A stretch of DNA of 56,214 nt, filler included, from Lentisphaeria bacterium (GTDB lineage: Bacteria > Verrucomicrobiota > Lentisphaeria > JABSQK01 > JAWLHB01): the NCBI GenBank assembly GCA_041690595.1. It is 10 parts of 10 records of this genome, joined end to end, with 100 filler letters (N's around TTAATTAATTAA, not from the genome) between each part and the next. Parts side by side here need not be neighbours in the genome. Positions count along the whole stretch, not along the records: positions 45,681 to 49,659 come from JAWLHB010000095.1; positions 49,760 to 53,601 come from JAWLHB010000096.1; positions 53,702 to 56,214 come from JAWLHB010000099.1; 7 more parts are not named here. One strand, given 5' to 3'. A model generated the notes under the pieces. That model worked only from the letters and a program-made list of their open reading frames with translations. It had not been told where the DNA came from and did not search any database. Positions 49,499-56,214 of this stretch are shown piece after piece; position 1 is the first letter of the stretch, and each line of letters begins with the position of its first letter. The position numbers and the translations under genes were made by a program.

Positions 49499-49659
49499 TC
49501 AGCCGCAAAGCCGTCGGACCCACGTTGCGTAAGCCGCGCCGCCAGCGGTCGCAGCCTCGCTTGCCTCCGGCGGGCGGGCTGCCCCGGCCTCACGGGCCTC
49601 GCGCGGGCTGTAGCCGTAAGCGTGGCGGAATGCCCGGCTGAAGTGCGCCGCGCTGGCGA
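49499..49659 (-). CDS. AraC-family regulator, 3' end
   Basis: SAAHFSRAFRHAYGYSPREAR. Confidence 0.8.
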
Positions 49660-49826
49660 NNNNNNNNNNNNNNNNNNNNNNNNNNNNNNNNNNNNNNNNN
49701 NNNTTAATTAATTAANNNNNNNNNNNNNNNNNNNNNNNNNNNNNNNNNNNNNNNNNNNNGGCAGTCGGGCCCCATACTCGACCTTTGTTCCGAAACCACC
49801 GGCAACGATTGATGCGCGCCGCAAAT

Positions 49827-49862
49827 TGCGGCCATTCGCGACGAGCGCCCCGAATGGCCGCA
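49827..49862. terminator. 12-bp stem-loop downstream of the 49870 gene
   Basis: TGCGGCCATTCG / CGAATGGCCGCA. Confidence 0.45.
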
Positions 49863-49869
49863 TTTCCGT

Positions 49870-50493
49870 TCAGTAGGTCTCAACGACCTCACCGTAATCG
49901 CCGCGAAGCTGAAGGGTCACGGTGACGTCAGCGCTGTCGCGGTTGCGCCAGAACCAGCCGTGCTCGCCGTCAAATGCGGCTTCGATGCTGCCCTCACCCG
50001 AGGTTGCGCCGCGGCCCCGGTCATAGTCGATTGACCGGTCGCCGCCATGGGCATGCAGGTCGAAATTGATCCGTCCACCTTCCGCGACCCAAGCGTAGTC
50101 CGCGATGGCACCGTCGGTCATTTCCATCTTGATTTCGGCAGAAGCATCCGGCGCCAGCGTGAAGGTCAGCACGTCCTGCCAGACCTCCTGCTCCTGCCCA
50201 TGCGCGGTGCCCACAAAGAGGCCGAAGATGTCGTTGAGAAGGCTCGACTGATCATCATTCGCCGCTTCCATTTGGCGGTCCATCTCGGCCTCATCGGCAA
50301 GCTGGCTCTTGATTTCGCCCATCTCGGTCAATCCGAGCACGCCGCCGATCCGTGTCGGGTCAACCCCGTATTCTGCGGGCAGCACGACGGTGACGAGGAT
50401 GGCAACAGCGCTCACGCCCGCGAGGATGGTCGACCGAAGAAGATGGGCCGAACTTGGCAGGTCTTCGAGGCTGGGTTTTTCCCTGTTGAACAT
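49870..50493 (-). CDS. Transmembrane-anchor protein of Ni/Co resistance clusters
   Basis: VLPAEYG.DPT.IG..LGL, FDLHAH and G.HGWFWRNR motifs. Confidence 0.8.
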   Translation of the reverse strand: MFNREKPSLEDLPSSAHLLRSTILAGVSAVAILVTVVLPAEYGVDPTRIGGVLGLTEMGEIKSQLADEAEMDRQMEAANDDQSSLLNDIFGLFVGTAHGQEQEVWQDVLTFTLAPDASAEIKMEMTDGAIADYAWVAEGGRINFDLHAHGGDRSIDYDRGRGATSGEGSIEAAFDGEHGWFWRNRDSADVTVTLQLRGDYGEVVETY

Positions 50494-50509
50494 GTGTTTC
50501 TCCGATTTT

Positions 50510-51238
50510 TCAGATTGCTACGAAGTAGCCGGTGATCTGGTGGCCCATGAGGATGAAGCCCATGGACATCATGACGACATTGGCGGTGTAGGCCTGGCGG
50601 TAGAATGCCGACGATTTCCGCCAGTAGCCCATGACGATCAAGATCACCGCGAGGGCCATGATCTGGCCGATCTCGACGCCGACGTTGAACGCCAGAAGGT
50701 TTGGCAAAAGCCCCTCGGACGCGATGTCATAATCGAGGATCTTGGTGGCGAGGCCCGTGCCGTGGAAGAAGCCGAAGATCAGCGTCGCGGCCTTGGTGTT
50801 GGGCTGGACCCCGAACCAGCGCTGGTAGGCCCCGAGATTGTCGAGCGCCTTGTAGACCACCGACAGCCCGATGATGGCGTCGACAATATAGGCGTTCACG
50901 CCCCAGCCGAACCAGACGCCCGCCAGCATCGTGGTGGAATGGCCGATGGCGAAGAGGCTGACATAGATAGCGACGTCCTTCATCCGGTAGAGGAAGAAGA
51001 CGACACCGAGCAGGAACAGTATGTGGTCGTAGCCGGTCACCATATGCTTGGCACCGAGGTACATGAAGGGGATGAGGTTCATCCCCCAGATTTCCTGGAT
51101 ATAGCCCGCGTCACCCTCGGTGACGTTATGGGCGAGGGCCTCGGCAGCGCTTAGCAGGAAGGTCGCCAGCAGAAGAAGGGTCAGCGTGACCGTTCGGCGC
51201 GTGGCCATGGCGCACAAGACCCGTGAACTCGAAGGCAT
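50510..51238 (-). CDS. HupE/UreJ-family membrane protein
   Basis: GAKHMVTGYDH.LFL, GHS.T, FG.FHG.G and FNVGVEIGQ motifs. Confidence 0.9.
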   Translation of the reverse strand: MPSSSRVLCAMATRRTVTLTLLLLATFLLSAAEALAHNVTEGDAGYIQEIWGMNLIPFMYLGAKHMVTGYDHILFLLGVVFFLYRMKDVAIYVSLFAIGHSTTMLAGVWFGWGVNAYIVDAIIGLSVVYKALDNLGAYQRWFGVQPNTKAATLIFGFFHGTGLATKILDYDIASEGLLPNLLAFNVGVEIGQIMALAVILIVMGYWRKSSAFYRQAYTANVVMMSMGFILMGHQITGYFVAI

Positions 51239-51294
51239 GGATGGATCTCCGGTGTTTTGTTGATAGATCGGGTTACCGCTTTGCGCGGCGCCGA

Positions 51295-51648
51295 TCAGGC
51301 ACGCGGAGGTCGGTCGATCAGATAGACACGGTGCAGCCCGCCAGACGTGACCCCAAGCCGCCGGGCATCACGGTAGCCCAAGGATGGATAAGATTCCTCA
51401 ACGGCCGCGAGCAAAGCCTGACTGTGATCGTGGTCGGCCGCCTCATGGCTGTGGCCGTGCATCGCCCAGTAGAGGTCTTCCTCGACCCCATGCGAATGCC
51501 CGTGTTCGGCGATCATCTGCGTGTGGTCGGCCATGACCTCGAAAACCGAGGGCGCGTGGGTTGCGCTCGGTGCGATGGACCAGACCACGAGCGACAGGCA
51601 AAGGAGCGCTGCGAACCCAGCGCGTCCGAATGTTTGAAAGAGTTCCAT
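51295..51648 (-). CDS. His-rich small exported/membrane protein
   Basis: HGHSHG, HGHSH..DHDHS and a C-terminal RPPR. Confidence 0.75.
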   Translation of the reverse strand: MELFQTFGRAGFAALLCLSLVVWSIAPSATHAPSVFEVMADHTQMIAEHGHSHGVEEDLYWAMHGHSHEAADHDHSQALLAAVEESYPSLGYRDARRLGVTSGGLHRVYLIDRPPRA

Positions 51649-51704
51649 CGGTTTTACCTGCTCGTTCGTTTTTATCCGCAGCATGTGCTTCACGCCGTCT
51701 TGTT

Positions 51705-51725
51705 GTATCCTCTGGGGGAGGTTAT
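51705..51725. promoter_or_regulatory. CsoR/RcnR-type operator
   Basis: ATCCTCTGGGGGAGGTT, a G-tract with inverted flanks between divergent genes. Confidence 0.55.
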
Positions 51726-51734
51726 TGTGTTACT

Positions 51735-51995
51735 ATGACAAGACTGCGCGTTCACGCAACCCATCCTGCCCTGATTGCCCGGCTGAAACGCGCTGACGGT
51801 CACCTGCGTTCGGTGATCGGCATGATCGAGGCGGGCAAGCCCTGCCTCGAGATTGCGCAGCAGATGCAGGCCGTCGAAAAGGCGGTCGCCAATGCAAAGC
51901 GCGCTTTGATCCACGATCACATGGATCACTGCCTCGATACCGATCACTCACCTGAAGACCGCGCCGAGCTGAAGGCGATCTCGCGCTACCTCTGA
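51735..51995 (+). CDS. CsoR/RcnR-family metal-sensing repressor (NreA/NcrB-like)
   Basis: H.TH...RLKRA.GH, C..IAQQ and HDH.DHC motifs. Confidence 0.92.
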   Translation: MTRLRVHATHPALIARLKRADGHLRSVIGMIEAGKPCLEIAQQMQAVEKAVANAKRALIHDHMDHCLDTDHSPEDRAELKAISRYL

Positions 51996-52004
51996 GGCCG
52001 ACCC

Positions 52005-53324
52005 GTGCTGGAAATCCTTGCCGACCGCACCTATCGTCATCTGCTGGCCGCGCAGGTCGTGGCGCTTCTGGGCACGGGTCTCGCCACGGTCGCGCTCGGC
52101 CTTCTGGCCTATGATCTTGCAGGCGATAATGCCTCGATGGTGTTGGGCACAGTCTTCACCATCAAGATGGTCGCCTATGTCGGCATCGCCCCTCTCGCTG
52201 GCGCCTTTGCAGACCGTGTGCCGCGCCGCGCGTTACTCGTGACGCTCGATCTGGTGCGGGCCGGGGCGGCGCTGTGCCTGCCCTTCGTCACCGAGGTGTG
52301 GCAGGTCTATGTCCTGATCTTCTTGCTGCAATCAGCCTCGGCCGCGTTCACACCGACCTTCCAGGCCACCATCCCCGACGTGCTGCCAGACGAGGCGCGT
52401 TACACCCGGGCGCTGTCGCTCTCGCGGCTGGCCTACGACCTGGAGAACATCGCCAGCCCGACGCTCGCGGCACTTCTACTGGCGATCATGAGCTATGAGT
52501 CCCTCTTTCTCGGCACAGTGGTCGGATTTGCTGCCTCAGCGGCGCTGGTCGTCTCGGTCCTGCTGCCCAGCCCGAAACCCTCGCAGCCGCGCGGCATCTA
52601 CGACAGCACGACCCGCGGCATCCGCATCTACCTTGCGACGCCTCGCCTGCGAGGGCTGCTGGCGCTGAACATGGCGGCGGCTGCGGCCGGGGCGATGGTG
52701 CTGGTCAACTCGGTGGTGCTGGTGCGTGGCGCACTGGGGCTGGACGCATCGGCGCTGGCCTGGACAATGCTTGCCTTCGGGGCCGGATCCATGATCGCTG
52801 CTCTTCTGTTGCCGCACCTGCTCGACCGTATCGCGGACCGCCCGGTCATGATTGCTGGCGGCGCGCTCATGGTGGCGACGCTCGTGGCACTTGCCGGGGA
52901 GATCATGACGCTCGGCCTTAACTGGCCAGTGCTGCTCGCCTCGTGGTTGGTCGTTGGGATCGGCTATTCCACCGTCCTGACGCCTTCGGGGCGGCTGCTG
53001 CGTCGCTCCGCCCACGCCGAGGACCGTCCCGCGATTTTCGCCGCGCAATTCGCGCTGAGCCACACCTGCTGGCTGGTCACATATCCTCTGTCGGGGTGGC
53101 TGATGACTGGATTCGGTCCTGTCGTGGCGCTTGGCGTCCTCGCGGGGCTTGCCGGTGCGGGCATGGTGGTGGCGCTACGCTTCTGGCCGAGCGAAGACCC
53201 GGAAACCCTTGAGCACACCCATGACAACCTTCCGCTCGATCATCCGCATCTGCAAGGCGAGCGACGGCATGCGCATCCCTTCGTCGTTGACGAAAACCAT
53301 CCCCGATGGGCCTCACAGCTATAG
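52005..53324 (+). CDS. nreB: MFS nickel-resistance exporter (NreB/NcrA-like)
   Basis: MFS topology, AAQFALSH.CW and a His-rich C-terminal tail. Confidence 0.85.
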   Translation: MLEILADRTYRHLLAAQVVALLGTGLATVALGLLAYDLAGDNASMVLGTVFTIKMVAYVGIAPLAGAFADRVPRRALLVTLDLVRAGAALCLPFVTEVWQVYVLIFLLQSASAAFTPTFQATIPDVLPDEARYTRALSLSRLAYDLENIASPTLAALLLAIMSYESLFLGTVVGFAASAALVVSVLLPSPKPSQPRGIYDSTTRGIRIYLATPRLRGLLALNMAAAAAGAMVLVNSVVLVRGALGLDASALAWTMLAFGAGSMIAALLLPHLLDRIADRPVMIAGGALMVATLVALAGEIMTLGLNWPVLLASWLVVGIGYSTVLTPSGRLLRRSAHAEDRPAIFAAQFALSHTCWLVTYPLSGWLMTGFGPVVALGVLAGLAGAGMVVALRFWPSEDPETLEHTHDNLPLDHPHLQGERRHAHPFVVDENHPRWASQL

Positions 53325-53811
53325 GGTTGCTTGCTCGACAGAACCCTTGCGTTCTGCCTGGGCGACCAGAGATGGGTTATTCAGCACTGCGCAGTTTGAA
53401 AGGCAGAAAAGGCCGGTCACAGCCGCCGCTCAAGCCGGGCGACGAACTCAAACCCCTGACAAAAACCGTCAGGTGGCGGTAGTCAGCCCCATGGACGAAG
53501 CCGCTTCCGTAACAGGGCGTTTGTGGTCAAGAGAAAAATGCAAAGCGAAGCCACTGCCCCAGCTGTTTGATTGGCAAGTGCGGTCTCCGTCATTGGTGTA
53601 TNNNNNNNNNNNNNNNNNNNNNNNNNNNNNNNNNNNNNNNNNNNNTTAATTAATTAANNNNNNNNNNNNNNNNNNNNNNNNNNNNNNNNNNNNNNNNNNN
53701 NGGCCATTGAACGAACCCGCTGACGCGGGAAAGACATCACTATTGGCGGGAATGGCCTCCTGATGGGAAGGTTTGGTTGCTGAGACCAACCCTTGATCAG
53801 GAGACCATCCC

Positions 53812-54681
53812 ATGGCTGATGCCACACCAGCGGTAAGCCCGCTGCGCCGCCGTATGATCGACGACATGACGCTTCGCAACCTGTCGCCGGCCACACAACG
53901 ATTCTATCTTTACGCCGTTGCCAAGTTCGCTCGGTATTTCGACCGCTCACCTGATCAGCTGGGGCTGGAGGATGTCCGAGCCTTTCAGGTCTATCTGGTG
54001 TCGCAGGGCATTTCCTGGCCGTCGCTCAACCAGGCGGTCTGCGCGCTGCGCTTTTTCTACGGCGTGACGCTGAACCGGGCGGAGATCCCCGAGCGGATTG
54101 CCTATGCGCGCACGCCGCGCAAGCTGCCGACGATCCTGAGCGCCGACGAGGTCGTGCGTTTCCTCGAGGCAGTACCGTCGCTGAAGGCGCGCGCGGCACT
54201 GACGACGGCCTACGCCGCAGGGTTGCGCGCCTCGGAAGCGGTCAGCCTGAAGGTCGCGGATATCGACAGTGATCGCATGGTGCTCCAGGTCCGCCACGGC
54301 AAGGGCGCCAAAGACCGCACAGTCATGCTTTCGCCACAGCTTCTCGGTATCTTGCGAACCTACTGGCGCTTGGCACGACCGAGGGACTGGCTGTTTCCGG
54401 GGCGTGGTGACAAGCCGATCGACGTGCAGGTCCTGCACTCCGCCTGTCGGTCCGCAACCAAGGCGGCGGGATTGACCAAGAAGGTCAGCGTGCACACGCT
54501 GCGACACAGCTTCGCCACCCATCTTCTCGAGAGCGGTGTGGACATCCGGGTCATCCAGGTGCTGCTCGGACACAGCAACCTGTCGACCACTGCGCGCTAC
54601 ACGCAGGTTGCCACCACAACGATCGCCAAGACGCAGAGCCCGTTCGATCGCCTGAGCCTGGAGGTGGTGCCACCCGGCTGA
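53812..54681 (+). CDS. Tyrosine recombinase with N-terminal SAM-like domain
   Basis: GLR.SE, KG.K.R, HTLRHSFATH, LLGH and TT.RY motifs. Confidence 0.95.
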   Translation: MADATPAVSPLRRRMIDDMTLRNLSPATQRFYLYAVAKFARYFDRSPDQLGLEDVRAFQVYLVSQGISWPSLNQAVCALRFFYGVTLNRAEIPERIAYARTPRKLPTILSADEVVRFLEAVPSLKARAALTTAYAAGLRASEAVSLKVADIDSDRMVLQVRHGKGAKDRTVMLSPQLLGILRTYWRLARPRDWLFPGRGDKPIDVQVLHSACRSATKAAGLTKKVSVHTLRHSFATHLLESGVDIRVIQVLLGHSNLSTTARYTQVATTTIAKTQSPFDRLSLEVVPPG

Positions 54682-54691
54682 GGGGCGCGCC

Positions 54692-55931
54692 ATGCCCCCT
54701 GGCTTGGAGCTGGCGGATATCTTCCGTCGCCACGGTCCTACCTACGTCCAGGCTCACGACGGCCACCTCGGACGCTTGGAGCGCCGCGTCATGTCGGCGA
54801 TCGAACTGTGCCGGACGGCCGCGCTCGGCGGCCATGTCGAGGGCTGCCGGGCCTGCGGCGCGGTGCGTGTCGCCTATAATTCCTGCCGCAACCGGCATTG
54901 CCCCAAGTGCCAGGGTGCGGTCGCGTGCCGCGCGACAAACAAGGTGAGAATCTTCTCACCCAGATTGTCGCGCTACAGTCGCGCGCGACTGGCTTGAGGC
55001 GCGGGCGGGCGACCTGCTGCCGGTGCCTTATTTCCACGTGGTCTTCACGATGCCCGCCGAGATTGCATCCATAGCCTTCCAGAACAAGAAGGTCGTCTAC
55101 ACCATCCTGTTCCGGACCGCTGCCGAGACGCTGCGCATCATTGCCGCCGATCCCAAACATCTCGGTGCCGGGATCGGCCTCATCGCGGTGCTGCACAGCT
55201 GGGGCCAGACCCTGAGCTACCATCCCCATCTCCATTGCATCGTTCCCGGCGGCAGCCCGTCGCCCGACGGCACCCGCTGGATCGCCTGCCGCCCCAACTT
55301 CTTTCTGCCGGTCCGGGTGCTGTCGCGTCTGTTCCGACGGCTGTTTCTTCAGGCGCTGCGCACTGCCTTTGAGGCCGAACAGCTACAGCTCTGCGGTGAT
55401 ATCGCCGAACGCGCCGACCCGCAGGACTTCGCTCACCTCCTGACCACGGCAAGCCGCCGCGACTGGGTCGTTTATGCCAAGCCGCCCTTCGGCGGGCCGG
55501 AGCAGGTGCTGACCTATCTGAGCCGGTACACCCATCGTGTCGCCATCGCCAATTCCCGCTTGATCAGCATGGAGGATGGCAAGGTGACCTTCCGTTGGCG
55601 TGACTATCGCCATGGCCGCAGGCCCAGACGGATGACGCTCGAAGCCGGAGAGTTCATCCGGCGCTTCCTTCTGCATACCTTGCCGGACGGATTTCACCGC
55701 ATCCGCCATTATGGCTTTCTCGCCAACGGCCAGCGCGTCGCTCGTCTCGCGGCCTGCAGGGTGATGCTGGCGGCTCAGACGCCGGAAACAGAGGTTCGCG
55801 CCGAACCCGTGGCGAAAGGAGTGCCCACTCCGCGCCCATGCCCCTGCTGCGGCCGCCCGATGGTCACGATCGCCGTCTGGTATCACGGCCAGGCGCCACC
55901 CGACGGGCCTTTCTGGAACGACAGCTCATGA
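54692..55931 (+). pseudogene. IS91-family Y2 transposase interrupted by a 52-bp insertion
   Basis: Zn finger SCRNRHCPKC, HUH motif HPHLHC and YLSRY. Removing 54926-54983 restores one reading frame. Confidence 0.9.
54926..54977. mobile_element. 52-bp miniature inverted-repeat element with a 6-bp TSD (GTCGCG)
   Basis: Ends TGCCGCGCGACAA / TTGTCGCGCTACA, internal GGTGAGAA-TC-TTCTCACC, TSD at 54920-54925 and 54978-54983. Confidence 0.85.
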
Positions 55932-56214
55932 GCGTCTGTGGCAGACTACAGACACATGATCGGAAACCGGCTTCCACGAAGACCGGCCAAGCTATCTGTG
56001 GGTTGGCGCCACAATCATGGTGGCTTCGACCGTTCCGCGAGACAATCAACCGCCATACCCGACCGCTGCACCGATCCCCGGAGGCCAAGACTGACCCCAG
56101 TGGCCACCCAGCCGGCTCCATCGATCTGAATCTCCGCCCTCGCGCGCACCATCCAGGCTAAAGCCAGAGCTACAATCCCCATAGCGCCCTACACCCCGCG
56201 GGTTCGTTCAATAC

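Larger units (their letters stand above)
53706..56212 (+). mobile_element. Tyrosine recombinase plus IS91-like (Y2) transposase element with 15-bp terminal IRs
   Basis: ATTGAACGAACCCGC at 53706-53720 and its reverse complement at 56198-56212. Confidence 0.75.

Noticed and set aside
49870..53324. Ni/Co resistance cluster as a novel system
   Set aside because: It matches the known nre/ncr-type organisation (repressor, MFS exporter, HupE/UreJ).
8079..53701. Regularly recurring TTAATTAATTAA within N runs
   Set aside because: These are artificial contig linkers. ORFs ending in X..LIN and any cross-spacer synteny are artefacts.

Overview
This window is not one locus. It is ten short contigs of decreasing length joined by artificial 100-bp spacers (N...TTAATTAATTAA...N), so adjacency across spacers means nothing. 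It looks like a bin/MAG of mixed origin. Contigs 1-3 (1-23826) share one IS terminus and carry PVC-like housekeeping genes: rdgC, TolC, pilin-LamG, Ser/Thr kinase, mcsA with a degenerate mcsB, a flavin/Fe-S membrane oxidoreductase, GT2, UroD-like, an orphan Rhs toxin/immunity pair, nfi, a P-type ATPase and a MetF-MetV fusion. Contigs 4-10 are proteobacterial-like accessory DNA: two type I R-M loci, integron attC sites, nested IS debris, a Ni/Co resistance cluster and an integrase plus IS91-like element. The best novel-system candidate is in both type I R-M loci. Each carries a DUF3800 (RNase H-like) gene, one of them coupled to a putative BECR-type RNase. Each is followed by a ~65-75-nt two-hairpin small RNA with its own sigma70-like promoter firing against the operon. 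Also notable are an IS110 3' non-coding region containing the reverse complement of its own insertion site, a transposase-less IS1595-type cassette inside an attC, and a 52-bp TG..CA mini-element with a 6-bp TSD that disrupts an IS91-like transposase. All family calls come from motif recognition, not database searches.
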